From assembly GCA_965218795.1 (NCBI GenBank), contig OZ244653.1:1888001-1952000 (forward strand): 64,000 nt of DNA. The letters are read 5' to 3'. The notes beneath the pieces are model-generated. The model was not told the DNA's origin. It made no database searches and saw only the letters and a program-made list of their open reading frames with translations. The position numbers and the translations under genes are program-made. The number at the start of each line of letters is the position of its first letter. The stretch's first letter is position 1. This DNA comes from a bacterium. Its GTDB lineage: Bacteria > UBA8248 > JACPRG01 > G963555815. Shown here piece after piece: positions 9,065 through 19,550 of this stretch.

Positions 9065-9827
9065 TCAATGAACCGAATACACCTTCACTCAGCCGCCTAA
9101 CTGTCCAAGATAGTGGGACCACCTCACCCCGCACCTCCATCCCGCGCGAGCGAATCGAGCAGGAACTCGAGAAAACCGGTCTCGACATCCCGGAGGGCGG
9201 GACTCTCCTTTTTCACCTGGGGCACTACAACCGGTTTTATCCCTCGCCGGAATATTCGACTCAGTACGGGGGCCTGAGCGCCGAAGCGGCGGAATTCATT
9301 TACGTGGAAAAAGGAGCGCTCAACATCGGGACAGACGCGCCCAGCATCGATAATGCCGCCGACAATGCGTTTCCCTGCCACGTTATCTGCCGCCATCACC
9401 AGCGAACCAACACCGAGAACCTCTGTCACCTGGAGGAGCTGGCGGGCCAGCGGTTTCTCTTCATCGGCCTTCCGCTCAAAATTCGCGAGGGCACGGGCTC
9501 GCCAATCCGGGCCGTAGCCGTCCTTGGCGCCTAGCGTGGACCCGCATCCCGCCTTCTCCCGTGCGGAGAATCACGGGCCACGGGACAGGCTCTTCGACTG
9601 AAACACTCGGGGACAGCCCCGGCCGCCTGGGGCGATGATTTGCTCCATTCCCTCCTCTCCCTCATCGCCGTATGATGCGGCTCGTCCAATCCCCATCCGG
9701 ATTGACAGGGACTGCGGTTTCTTGCTTGAATGACCGGATTTTCAGGCTCCAGGATCCATGACAACGGCGTGAGGAAATTCGACCGTTTCAGAAGCTTCGA
9801 GGATTACCCACTCATGGCGGACGAGAC

Positions 9828-11666
9828 ATGAAAGAGAGAACAGAAAGAATCATGCGGCGCGCGGCGTGCGTAATGGTGGCGGGAAAGAGAACGCTCGTCC
9901 TGCTGATGCTGGCCGGCGTGATGATCGCCCAACAGGCGAATGCGGTCGATCTGCCGCGCAACGAGGCCGGCGTCACGGGCTCTTTCGACACGACCCTTTC
10001 GGTCGGCGCCGCGGTTCGGGCCGGGGACCGGGACGACCGCCTGATCGGCCTCGCCAACGGCGGTTCCGCGTACTCGATCAACGGCGACAACGGCAACCTC
10101 AACTACGACAAGGGCGAACTCGTCTCCGCCAACGTGAAGGTGACGCACGAGTTGCTGCTGGAGTGGAAGAACTTCGGCTTCTTCGGCCGGGCTTTCTACT
10201 TCTACGACCACGCGGTCATGAACCGGGAGACCGACCGTACGCCCCTGTCGAACGATGCGGAGGAACTCGTCGGCCGCGACATCGTGTTGCGGGACGCTTA
10301 TGTATCCGGCGATTTCGACGTCTCGGGAGCCCCGGTGTCGGTGCGCGCCGGCAACCAGGTGATGAGCTGGGGCGAGAGCGTCTTCATCCGCAACGGCATC
10401 AACTCGATCAACCCGGTCGACGTCTCCAGATTCCGTATCGCCGGCGCCGAGTTGCGGGACGGGCTCGTACCGATTCCGGCGATCAACGTCAAGGCCGGCA
10501 TTGGCGAGAATCTGTCCTTCGAGGCTTTCTATCAACTCGACTGGGTCAACACCGAGATCGAGCCGGAAGGCACGTTCTTCTCGACCAGAGACCACGTAAG
10601 CCCGGGCGGCCGTTTCGCCCATCTCGGGTTCGGCCTGCCGGGCGCCGCCACCGATGATCCGCCGGGCCCCTGCGCCAGACCGCCGATCTGTGCGAACGTG
10701 CCTCGCGCCGACGACCGGGAGGCCGGCGACGGGGGCCAGTTCGGCCTTGCGCTGCGCTATTTCGCCCCGGCGCTGAACGGCACCGAGTTCGGCCTCTATT
10801 ATACCCGCATCCACAGTCGTCTCCCGCTGGTCTCCGGCCGCACGGGCACGCCGGCGGGGGTATTCGCCCGAGACTACGCCGGCACGATGCGCTATTTCCG
10901 GGAGTTCCCGGAAGACATCGACATTTACGGCGCGAGCTTCAACACCGAGATCGGAGCCACGGGCTTCGCCTTGCAGGGAGAGGTTTCCTACCGCCGCGGC
11001 CAGCCGCTGCAGATCGACGACGTGGAGATTCTGTTCTCCGCCCTGTCGCCTCTCCGCAATGTCCCGGTCCCTCAATTAGCGCGCGCCGGCGCGGCCTTCG
11101 GACAGAGCCAGCTCGGGGCCCGGGGCTTCGATGAGGAGATCACCGGCTTCCGCCGCAAGGATGTCGTGCAGGCGCAGATGGCCGTTTCCAAGATTCTGGG
11201 GCCCCGGCTCGGCGCCGACGGGTTGATCTTCCTGGTCGAGGCGGGCTTCACCCATGTGCGCGACATGGAGGACAAGTCGGAGCTCCGCTACGATGGACCG
11301 GGCACGACGACCAGCGCCAATCCGTTCTTCACGGCGGCGGGCATTCAGCCGGCAACCCAAGACGGCGGCTTCGCCGATCCGTTTTCCTGGGGCTACCGGG
11401 CGATCGCGCGGGCGACCTACAACAACGCCATCGGACCCGTGAACCTGACGCCGCAGGTCTCGTTCTCTCATGACGTGAACGGCACGGCGCCGGCGCCGAT
11501 CGGCAATTTCGTCGAGAACCGGAAGACGATCACGCTGTCGATCGGAGCGAACTATCTGAACTCCTGGCGGGCCAGTATTTCCTACACGAACTCCTTCGAC
11601 GGCGGCGGTTTCAATCTCGTGAACGATCGCGACTACCTGCAGTTCGCGGCAAGCTATTCCTTCTGA
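9828..11666 (+). CDS. DUF1302 family outer-membrane protein
   Basis: Signal peptide, GSFDTTLSVG, NGDNGNLNY, GNQVMSWGES, C-terminal DRDY...SYSF. Confidence 0.88.
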   Translation: MKERTERIMRRAACVMVAGKRTLVLLMLAGVMIAQQANAVDLPRNEAGVTGSFDTTLSVGAAVRAGDRDDRLIGLANGGSAYSINGDNGNLNYDKGELVSANVKVTHELLLEWKNFGFFGRAFYFYDHAVMNRETDRTPLSNDAEELVGRDIVLRDAYVSGDFDVSGAPVSVRAGNQVMSWGESVFIRNGINSINPVDVSRFRIAGAELRDGLVPIPAINVKAGIGENLSFEAFYQLDWVNTEIEPEGTFFSTRDHVSPGGRFAHLGFGLPGAATDDPPGPCARPPICANVPRADDREAGDGGQFGLALRYFAPALNGTEFGLYYTRIHSRLPLVSGRTGTPAGVFARDYAGTMRYFREFPEDIDIYGASFNTEIGATGFALQGEVSYRRGQPLQIDDVEILFSALSPLRNVPVPQLARAGAAFGQSQLGARGFDEEITGFRRKDVVQAQMAVSKILGPRLGADGLIFLVEAGFTHVRDMEDKSELRYDGPGTTTSANPFFTAAGIQPATQDGGFADPFSWGYRAIARATYNNAIGPVNLTPQVSFSHDVNGTAPAPIGNFVENRKTITLSIGANYLNSWRASISYTNSFDGGGFNLVNDRDYLQFAASYSF

Positions 11667-11690
11667 GTCAGAGATGGGGGAGCGGATACA

Positions 11691-13046
11691 ATGAGAACGC
11701 GATGGGTGAGCCTGGTCCTGGTCCTGGCGCTGGCAGCCGCGGGGGCGGCGACCGAGGCCGAGGCGGCGGAGAAGCTCGGCAGGGAGCTGACGCCCGTGGG
11801 CGGGGTCAAGGCCGGCAACGCATCCGGCGACATCCCGGCGTGGGAGGGCGGGCTCACCAAGCCGCCGGCCGGCTACGCGCCCGGGAAGCATCACCCCGAT
11901 CCCTTCCCGGACGACAAGCCTCTTTTCACCATCACCGCCGCCAACGTCGAGCAATACAAGTCACATCTCTCTCCCGGCCATATCGCGCTCTTCCGGCGCT
12001 ATCCGAAGACCTTCCGGATGCCGGTCTACCGGACCCGCCGCACCGCCGCCCTGCCGCAGCGGATATACGACAAGACGATCGCCAACGCGAAGACGGCGAA
12101 GCTGACCGAGGACGGCAACGGGGTGCTGAACGCGGCCGAGGGCATTCCCTTCCCGATTCCGCGAAACGGGCTGGAGGCGATCTGGAACCACCTGCTGCGC
12201 TACCGAGGCAAGACCACGACCAAGGTGTCCGGCCAAGCGGTGCCGACGGCCAACGGCAGCTACACCATGGTGCGGATCGCCGAGCAAGCTCTATTCGCCT
12301 ACCAGCAGCCCGGCGCCACGACCGAGACCATCGACAACAGGCTCGTCTACTTTCTGCAGGAGGTGCTCTCGCCGCCCAGGCTCGCCGGCAACATCACGCT
12401 GGTGCACGAAACGCTCAACCAGGCGATCGAACCGCGCAAGGCCTGGCTCTACAATCCCGGCCAACGGCGGGTGCGCCGCGCGCCCAACGTCGCCTACGAC
12501 AATCCCGGCACCGCCTCGGACGGGCAACGCACCAACGATCAGTTCGACATGTTCAACGGCGCGCCGGACCGCTACAACTGGACGCTGGTCGGCCGGCGGG
12601 AACTCTACATCCCCTACAACAGCTACCGCCTGCACAGCGACCGGAACCGCTTCGACGACATCTTGAAGCCCGGCCACATCAACCCGGACCTCACGCGCTA
12701 CGAGCGGCACCGGGTCTGGGTCGTCGAGGCGAAGGTGAAAGAGGGCACGAGACACATTTACGCCCGACGCACCTTCTATCTCGATGAGGACAGTTGGCAG
12801 ATCGCCGGCGTGGACCAGTACGACGGCCGCGGAGAGCTTTGGCGGGTCAGCGAGGCGCACATCATCAATTTTTACGAGATACCGCTGACCTGGACCACGA
12901 TGATGGCGATATACGACTTGCAGAACGGGCGCTACCTGGTCGACGGACTCGACAACGAACCCGGCTACCAGATCACCCGCTTCGACCTGCCGATGACCCG
13001 CAGTCAGTTCACGCCGGCGGCGCTGCGACGGAAGGGCCGCCGCTAG
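11691..13046 (+). CDS. DUF1329 family periplasmic protein
   Basis: LTPVGGVKAGN, GIPFPIP, YNPGQRRVRRAP, FYLDEDSW, DQYDGRGELWR. Confidence 0.9.
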   Translation: MRTRWVSLVLVLALAAAGAATEAEAAEKLGRELTPVGGVKAGNASGDIPAWEGGLTKPPAGYAPGKHHPDPFPDDKPLFTITAANVEQYKSHLSPGHIALFRRYPKTFRMPVYRTRRTAALPQRIYDKTIANAKTAKLTEDGNGVLNAAEGIPFPIPRNGLEAIWNHLLRYRGKTTTKVSGQAVPTANGSYTMVRIAEQALFAYQQPGATTETIDNRLVYFLQEVLSPPRLAGNITLVHETLNQAIEPRKAWLYNPGQRRVRRAPNVAYDNPGTASDGQRTNDQFDMFNGAPDRYNWTLVGRRELYIPYNSYRLHSDRNRFDDILKPGHINPDLTRYERHRVWVVEAKVKEGTRHIYARRTFYLDEDSWQIAGVDQYDGRGELWRVSEAHIINFYEIPLTWTTMMAIYDLQNGRYLVDGLDNEPGYQITRFDLPMTRSQFTPAALRRKGRR

Positions 13047-13060
13047 GGCGAACCGCCGTC

Positions 13061-14032
13061 ATGCGGAGTCTCCGATCTTTTTTCGCGCTGTTTCTGATAT
13101 GCGCCGCCGCGGTTCCCTCGGGCGCGGACCCGCTGAACGAACCGGCGGCGGAACTGACTCGTCCCGAGCGCGGTCTGATCTCCGCCGCCGTTCGCGGGAA
13201 CGGCGGCATTGTCGCCGTTGGCGCGAGAGGCTTGATCCTCCGCCTCGACGGCGACGGCTGGCGGCAGGCGCCCATGCCGGCTCGCCGGACGCTGACCGCG
13301 ATCGCGGCGGCATCCGATGGCCGTCTCGTCGCCGTCGGTCACGACGCCCTGGTGCTGGAAAGCGTGGACGCCGGAGCTACCTGGCGCGTCGTCCGAGCGG
13401 ACCCGGGTTTCGACGCGCCGCTTCTGGATCTCTGGCTCGGCGCGGACGGACGGGGCCTGGCGGTCGGCGCCTACGGGCTGGCGTTCTCGACGGAGGATCA
13501 TGGGAGAACGTGGGCGCGCCGCGAAATCGATCCGGAGGAACCGCACTTCTACGCCATCCGGCAGGCCGCGGACGGAACGCTGTTCATTGCCGGCGAGTTC
13601 GGCACGTTCCTGCGCTCCCGTGACGGCGGAGCGACCTGGAAGCGACTGCACACCGGTTACGAGGGCACCTTCTTCGGGCTCCGGCCCGGTCGGGACGGGC
13701 GGCTGCTGCTCCACGGGCTGAGGGGCCGACTCTTCGAAAGCAACGACGGCGGCGAGACCTGGCGCAGCCTGGACAGCGGGGTTACCGCCGCTCTGTACGA
13801 CGCCGTCTACCTGCCCGACGGCCGGGCGGTGGTCGTCGGCGACGCCGGCACGGTGCTGATGGAGGAGGAGGCGGGAAGCGGCTCCATGCGGGCCGCGCCT
13901 CTCCCTCGCCGCGGCGCGATCACCACTGTACTGGCGGCGGGGCCGGACGCCGTCCTCCTGTTCGGCGAGGACGGCGTCCACCGCTTGATCCTGCCGGCCG
14001 CGGCGGAGGCGGGCGATGAACCGGTTCGGTGA
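13061..14032 (+). CDS. BNR/Ycf48-like beta-propeller protein
   Basis: ATG 13061; repeated Asp-box motifs SxDxGxTW. Confidence 0.85.
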   Translation: MRSLRSFFALFLICAAAVPSGADPLNEPAAELTRPERGLISAAVRGNGGIVAVGARGLILRLDGDGWRQAPMPARRTLTAIAAASDGRLVAVGHDALVLESVDAGATWRVVRADPGFDAPLLDLWLGADGRGLAVGAYGLAFSTEDHGRTWARREIDPEEPHFYAIRQAADGTLFIAGEFGTFLRSRDGGATWKRLHTGYEGTFFGLRPGRDGRLLLHGLRGRLFESNDGGETWRSLDSGVTAALYDAVYLPDGRAVVVGDAGTVLMEEEAGSGSMRAAPLPRRGAITTVLAAGPDAVLLFGEDGVHRLILPAAAEAGDEPVR

Positions 14033-16352
14033 CTGGATCTTCGCCCACCGGCGGTTCGTGCTCGCGGCTTTTCTGCTGGCGAGCCTGGCGCTGGGCCTGT
14101 CGGCCACCCGGCTCGGGGTCGATACCAGCTTCGGGAAGCACCTGCCCCGGCGCCACCCCTTCATGCAGATCTTCAGGAAACATCAAGCCGAGTTCGGCGG
14201 AGCCAATCGCCTTCTGATCGCGGTTCGGGCGCGTTCGGGCGACATCTTCACCACCTCCTTCATGGAGACGCTCAAGGCCGCGACCGACGCCGTGTTCTTC
14301 CTGCCCGGCGTGAACAGGGCCTCGGTCCGCTCGCTGTTCACGCCCAACGTCCGCTTCCTCGAGATCGTGGAGGGCGGGCTGGCCGGCGGAAACGTCGTGC
14401 CGGCCGATTACCGGGGCAGCGCCGCGGACCTGACCCGGGTCCGCGCCAACGTGCTCAAGGCCGGGATTGTGGGCAGACTCGTGGCCAACGACCTGTCAGC
14501 CGCGATGGTGAGCGCGGAGCTGGTCGAGATCGATCCGCGGACGGGGAAACGGCTGGACTATCTCGAGGTCGCCCGCCTGCTGGAAGACAGGCTGCGCGAG
14601 CCCTTCACCAACGAGTCGGTGGAGATCCACATCATCGGCTTTGCGAAGGCGATCGGCGACGTGGCCGACGGCGCGACGGACGTGCTCCTGTTTTTCGCCG
14701 TTGCCTTCCTGCTGTCGGCGCTGCTGGTTTACGTCTTCATCCATTCGGTCCGGTACACGGTCCTGCTGCTGTCGTGTTCGGCGCTGGCCGTGGTCTGGAC
14801 GCTGGGGCTGCTGGCGCTGCTCGGTTTCGGCATCGACCCCATGTCGATCCTGGCGCCCTTTCTCGTGTTCGCGATCGGCGTCTCCCACGGGTTGCAGGTC
14901 GTGAACGCTTCCGGGGCCGCGATTCGGGATGGTGAAAAGAAGGAGGAGGCGGCGCGCGGCGCCTTCCGCCAACTCGCCACGCCGGGGGCGGCGGCGCTGG
15001 CGAGCGACTGCGTCGGCTTTCTCATGATCCTGCTCATCGACGTGCAGATCATCCAGGACCTGGCGGTGACCATGAGCCTGGGCGTGGCCGCGATCCTCTT
15101 CACCAATCTCGTGTTGTTGCCGGTGCTGATGTCCTACGCGCCCCCGGCCGCGAATTACCGGCGGCGCATCCGGGCGGCGGCCGAGGCAAGGCGGCCCCTC
15201 TGGCGCCGGCTCTCGCGGCTGGCGTCCGGGCGGGCGGCCGCGGCGATGCTCCTCCTGGCGCTCATCGTCGCGGGCGGCGGCCTGTTCGTCGCCCGCGGCC
15301 ACGTGATCGGCGACGTCCACGCAGGCGTGCCGGAGCTGCGCCCGGATTCCCGCTACAACCGCGACAGCGCCGTCATCACGGAGCGCTTCGCGATCGGCGT
15401 CGACTTGCTGACGGTGATCGTGGAGACGAAGGCGAACGCCTGCGTCGACTTCGCGTTCCTGGACCGGGTGGACGATTTCGCCTTTCGGATGAGCCAGGTG
15501 CCCGGTGTGCGGTCCACGATCTCGCTGCCGCAGGTCTCGCGCAGGCTCAACGCCAGCTTCAACGAAGGGCACCCCAAATGGCGAACCCTGCCGCGCAATA
15601 CGAAGACGCTGGTCCAGTCGGTCGCCCCGATCCAGACCGGCACGGGTCTGCTGAACGCCGACTGCTCGGTGATGCCGGTGATCATCTTCACCGACGACCA
15701 CCGCGCCGAGACCATCGACCGGGTGGTCGCCGCGGTCAGGGCCTACGCGGCCCGTCACGAGAGCGGGGGGCTTCGCTTCGGGCTGGCCGCCGGCAATCTC
15801 GGCGTCATGGCGGCGACCAACGCGCTCGTCCGCGACACCCAAGTCGACATGCTGGTCTGGGTTTATTGCGCCGTGATCGCGTTGTGTCTGCTGGCCTTCC
15901 GGTCATTCCGGGGCACGCTCTGCGTGGTGCTGCCGCTGGCGCTGGTCTCCGTGCTGGCGTTCGCGCTGATGGCGCTTCTGCAGATCGGGCTGAAGGTCTC
16001 GACGCTGCCGGTGGCCGCGCTCGGCGTCGGTATCGGGGTCGACTACGGCATTTACATCTTCAACCGCATGAAGCGGGCGCTGGATGACGGCGCGGAGACG
16101 GTCGAGGCGTTCCGGCAGGCCATGGCGACGACCGGCAACGCGGTGCTGGTGACCGGACTGACGCTGGCCTTGGGCGTTTCGACCTGGATATTCTCCGACC
16201 TGCAGTTCCAAGCCGACATGGGAATCCTGCTGACCTTCATGTTCCTCGCCAACCTGGCCGGCGCGGTGCTGCTGCTGCCGGCGCTCGCCCGCCTGTTTTT
16301 TGGCGCCAGGGTCCAAGACCGGGCCGCTCCGGCGGACGGACCCCGACCCTGA
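14016..16352 (+). CDS. RND superfamily (MMPL-like) transporter
   Basis: Two hydrophobic bundles, FGGAN, GIGVDYGIY; usual partner of DUF1302/DUF1329/BNR. Confidence 0.9.
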   Translation: MNRFGDWIFAHRRFVLAAFLLASLALGLSATRLGVDTSFGKHLPRRHPFMQIFRKHQAEFGGANRLLIAVRARSGDIFTTSFMETLKAATDAVFFLPGVNRASVRSLFTPNVRFLEIVEGGLAGGNVVPADYRGSAADLTRVRANVLKAGIVGRLVANDLSAAMVSAELVEIDPRTGKRLDYLEVARLLEDRLREPFTNESVEIHIIGFAKAIGDVADGATDVLLFFAVAFLLSALLVYVFIHSVRYTVLLLSCSALAVVWTLGLLALLGFGIDPMSILAPFLVFAIGVSHGLQVVNASGAAIRDGEKKEEAARGAFRQLATPGAAALASDCVGFLMILLIDVQIIQDLAVTMSLGVAAILFTNLVLLPVLMSYAPPAANYRRRIRAAAEARRPLWRRLSRLASGRAAAAMLLLALIVAGGGLFVARGHVIGDVHAGVPELRPDSRYNRDSAVITERFAIGVDLLTVIVETKANACVDFAFLDRVDDFAFRMSQVPGVRSTISLPQVSRRLNASFNEGHPKWRTLPRNTKTLVQSVAPIQTGTGLLNADCSVMPVIIFTDDHRAETIDRVVAAVRAYAARHESGGLRFGLAAGNLGVMAATNALVRDTQVDMLVWVYCAVIALCLLAFRSFRGTLCVVLPLALVSVLAFALMALLQIGLKVSTLPVAALGVGIGVDYGIYIFNRMKRALDDGAETVEAFRQAMATTGNAVLVTGLTLALGVSTWIFSDLQFQADMGILLTFMFLANLAGAVLLLPALARLFFGARVQDRAAPADGPRP

Positions 16353-16674
16353 CGGATGGAGCGGATCGAAGACAATAACAATAAATCGTCATGAGGGCGG
16401 TCCTGCCTCGCGGCTTCTGCGGGCAGGCGCGATTCACTCCGGTCTGGAGCGGGGCGTCATCCGTGCGGAGGCGGTCGAGGAGTTGGGAGCGCTACGAGCC
16501 CGCCCGAGTGGACCCCTGCCAAAAACCTCCAGGTGTGACACCCGATTCCCTCCCCGCCAGCGACCCGATAAACACCGATGCACCGCCCTTGCAAGAGGCT
16601 TGCACGGGCGATTACCCTCCCCCATTTTCTTTCGTCCTGGACCCCTACCAAGTGATCGTCGGGGCAGGCTCTCG

Positions 16675-17303
16675 GTCATTCCCGCCCACGATAGAAACCT
16701 TCGGGGGCATGCTTGAGCCTTCCCGTGCGCCTGTCTGGCCGGCAGGCGGGAATGACGAGCCGGGGGCGAATCCTCGAAGGCTCTTGTTGGAGGCCATGGC
16801 GCATGGGTTCCCGTCCTTGTCCGGCAACAAGGCCCCTCCGCCGCGTCAAGCCGAACGACCTTCTCTCCCCCCACCGGAAAATCTGCAGGCTACGCCCTTG
16901 ATTTGCCGACTCCCCTCAAGGGGGGGAAGATTGATGGACGAGGAGACCATAACTGGATTCCCGCTTTCGCGGGAATGAAGGGCCGGGGGCGAGTCCCCGA
17001 AGGCCTCTGTTGGAGGCCATGGCGCATGGGTTCTCGTCCCTGTCCGGCAACAAGGCCCCTCCGCCGCGTCAAGCCGAACGGCCTTCTCTCCCCCCACCGG
17101 AAAATCTGCAGGCTACGCCCTTGATTTGCCGACTCCCCCTCAAGGGGGGAGTGATTCGAGGACCAGGGGCGGGCGTCACGTGACGCAGCCGGCGCAATCG
17201 CAGGCAGGACACCTTATGGGAGATGACGGTTTGGTTTGGAGGCTTGGACAGGCATGGGGCCGTATCCTGCAAAGGCGGAAAACAGGACGAAAAAAGGCAT
17301 CAG
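16675..17303. repeat. REP-like composite repeat, two tandem ~150-bp units with hairpins
   Basis: Units at ~16776-16928 and ~16999-17152 ending in the CTCCCCCTCAAGGGGGGAG hairpin; GGATTCCCGCTTTCGCGGGAATGA hairpin between them. Confidence 0.8.
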
Positions 17304-17310
17304 CATGGAT

Positions 17311-17653
17311 ATGGAGGAGAGTGATCACTAGATTTTCCGGGAGATATTCAAGGACCACCAGGCGGAAGGGCTGACGGATGAAGACATGTTCGATGTGACC
17401 CAGATCGTCGGCTAGTTCAATTACACCAACCGGAGGGCCAACCCCCGGGGCGAGCCTCAGCATGCAGGACGGAGAAGGCCGATGGGCGACGTTCGAGGGC
17501 CGCGGACGGGTCATGGAGGATCGCCCTGCGGTGGAAGAGGCGGTCCGGCGCCACCGCCGGCGCTATGGCGGCAACACCTCGGTCTCCCCGGATTTTGTCG
17601 CCATCGAGATTCAGATCGAACGGGTCATCGGCGAGTGGTGGCTGACCCGGTGA
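17311..17653 (+). pseudogene. Fused remnants: AhpD/peroxidase-related C-terminus plus pyridoxamine-oxidase-like (PPOX) C-terminus
   Basis: GLTDEDMFDVTQIVG*FNYTNR then (A)NPR/ASLSMQDGEGRWATFEGRG...VAIEIQIERV; in-frame stops and a frameshift. Confidence 0.5.
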
Positions 17654-17870
17654 AACACACGCCCAGGTTGAGATTCCAGTGCAGCGGAGCGAAACTCATT
17701 GAGCATGGCCCGGAATCGCCCATGAAAGGTCCTTGCAAGGGCGTTGCAAGGGGCGTGCATGGACCGCGCCTGATGCGCGGGCGGCGGCCAAACAGGATGA
17801 AAAACGGCGTCAGCATCGATCAGGAGGCAGATTTTCCCGGCAAGCTGACTTGACCCTCGGAAGGAATTCC

Positions 17871-18746
17871 ATGCCGCCTCTCAGCGTCTGGATCGCGATC
17901 TCGGCCGCTCTGCTCCACGCGGTAGCCAATACGACCGTGCGGTCCGGCCTGCGAACCGCCTCGCCCATCACGGCGTCCCTGATACTGGTCTGGATCCAGT
18001 GGATCGTTTTCGGCCTCCTGTTGGTCCCGGCGGGGGGATTCGGCCGCATAGACGCGGTGGGGCTGCTTCTGTTCTGCGCGGCGGGTCTCACGTCACCCCT
18101 GCTGTTCATGATCTTCTTTTTCATCGGGATCCAACGGATCGGCGCGGCGCGGGCCACCACCATCAAGTCGGCGGCCCCGATCTACACGGTCATCTTCGCG
18201 GTGGCCTTCCTGGGAGAGCGGCCCACCGCGCTTCGATACCTGGGGATTGCGGCGGTCATGGCCGGCGTGCTGAGCCTGGTCTGGGAAACCGCGGACAAAA
18301 AGGGCCATGCGGGAAGGAGAAGCGACTACGTCTTCCCCCTGCTGGCGGGCGCGTGCGCGGGGGTTTCGGCCGTTCTCTACAAAGCGGGCCTGACCCGCAT
18401 GGACACACCCCTGCTCAGCGTCTGGATCGGAGCGACAGAGGCGGTCCTGCTCTTTCCGCTACTCGTCCGGGTGTTCCCCAAGGCGGACCGATACCGGATC
18501 GGCAGTCGGCGGGCCTGGCTGTGGCTCGCACTGGGCGGGCTGGCCTCATCCGGGGCCATCTACTGCCAGATCCTGTCCATCAAGCTGGGCGAGGTCTCGA
18601 CGGTCTTCACCCTGGCCCAGACCTCGCCTTTGTTCGTGGTGCTGATCTCGGCGTTGTTCCTCCGGGATCTCGAGCGGGTGACGCCGAGGGTGGTTCTGGG
18701 GGCGGCGCTGACAGTGGGGGGCGGTATCATGCTCAGCGCCTTTTGA
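17871..18746 (+). CDS. EamA/DMT family transporter
   Basis: ATG 17871 after AAGGA; two EamA repeats (FLGERPT, FLRDLERVT). Confidence 0.88.
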   Translation: MPPLSVWIAISAALLHAVANTTVRSGLRTASPITASLILVWIQWIVFGLLLVPAGGFGRIDAVGLLLFCAAGLTSPLLFMIFFFIGIQRIGAARATTIKSAAPIYTVIFAVAFLGERPTALRYLGIAAVMAGVLSLVWETADKKGHAGRRSDYVFPLLAGACAGVSAVLYKAGLTRMDTPLLSVWIGATEAVLLFPLLVRVFPKADRYRIGSRRAWLWLALGGLASSGAIYCQILSIKLGEVSTVFTLAQTSPLFVVLISALFLRDLERVTPRVVLGAALTVGGGIMLSAF

Positions 18747-18821
18747 CCGGACGCGGCCCATCGCGCTCACCGCAATAAAGCCTCTTCATTCTTCACCCAT
18801 CATCCCCCACCCCCAAAGCGC

Positions 18822-19240
18822 TCACGAACATTGTCTGGACAGAGCAAGATTCATCGCCTTCGCAATGATACCCCCAACCTTCTCCGCTGCCTCGACGAGG
18901 TGCCTGTCGGCAAGATGGGCGTAGCCCGCCGTGGTCCGGTGCCGCCGGTGCCCGAGCAACTTGCCGACCAGCGGCAGATTCTCGCCGGACATAACCGCGT
19001 GACTAGCGGCGGTGTGTCGCAGGTCATGCAACCGCACCCTGCCGAGCTTCGCATCCGCGCAGACCGTCCGCCAACAAGCGACAAAGCTGTCATGACACCT
19101 ACCGTTGGCATATTTCGAAAACACGAAGCCATCCGGAACCCGATCTCCGGGCAGCGTCTCGATCAGCGCCCTGGCGGCCTCGCCGAGCGGCACGGCGCGC
19201 GGGCCGGTCTTGGAGTCGGGCAGGTTGATGGTTCGCGCGC
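18822..19240 (-). pseudogene. Tyrosine recombinase C-terminal fragment
   Basis: INLPDSKTGPR, RLHDLRHT, LLGH, TTAGYAH; no N-terminal domains. Confidence 0.85.
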
Positions 19241-19244
19241 CGGG

Positions 19245-19502
19245 GCTGGGTACGTGAACGGCGGGGCCCTGGGGCGTCCGGCCAACGACGGGCGAACCTG
19301 CGTCTGGTATGCTACGCTATCCACGGACGCGGACCGGCTGGAAGTGGAGCATGTTCCGGTCCGCTACGATCACGAGGCGCTGGCTCGCGAAATGGCGAGA
19401 GAGGGCATCTGTGAGGAGTTCGTCACGACGATTCGCACCGGGTGGTGGACCACCTGCCTGGAGATCCTGCCGGGCAAGGAACGGGCTCGCGGGCGCTACT
19501 GA
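19245..19502 (+). pseudogene. Metallophosphoesterase C-terminal fragment
   Basis: VNGGALGRPANDGRT...VPVRYDHE; no start, abuts the integrase fragment. Confidence 0.6.
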
Positions 19503-19550
19503 GGGTCCGTGGTCCCGGCTTTCCTCCGGTGCGCCAACCGGGAGGCGCCG

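Larger units (their letters stand above)
7790..9126 (+). mobile_element. IS3 family insertion sequence, apparently intact
   Basis: Terminal IRs TGAGGTGGTCCCA...GGACAG at both ends, 3-bp CCC target duplication, orfA/orfB. Confidence 0.92.
7739..9534 (+). pseudogene. Cyclase (kynurenine formamidase-like) gene, 5'-truncated and interrupted by IS3
   Basis: PFFYNEAICIDLSDTEP (7739-7789) joins in frame to RTSIPRERIEQ...GTDAPSID...ENL...GLPLKIREGTGSPIRAVA once the IS and one CCC copy are removed. Confidence 0.8.

Noticed and set aside
16776-17152. Possible CRISPR array
   Set aside because: Units are ~150 bp, only two in tandem, no unique-spacer pattern and no cas genes
17413-17415. In-frame TAG codons (17329, 17413, 24173) as recoding
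   Set aside because: All lie in frames with other lesions; intact genes here use TAG as a normal stop
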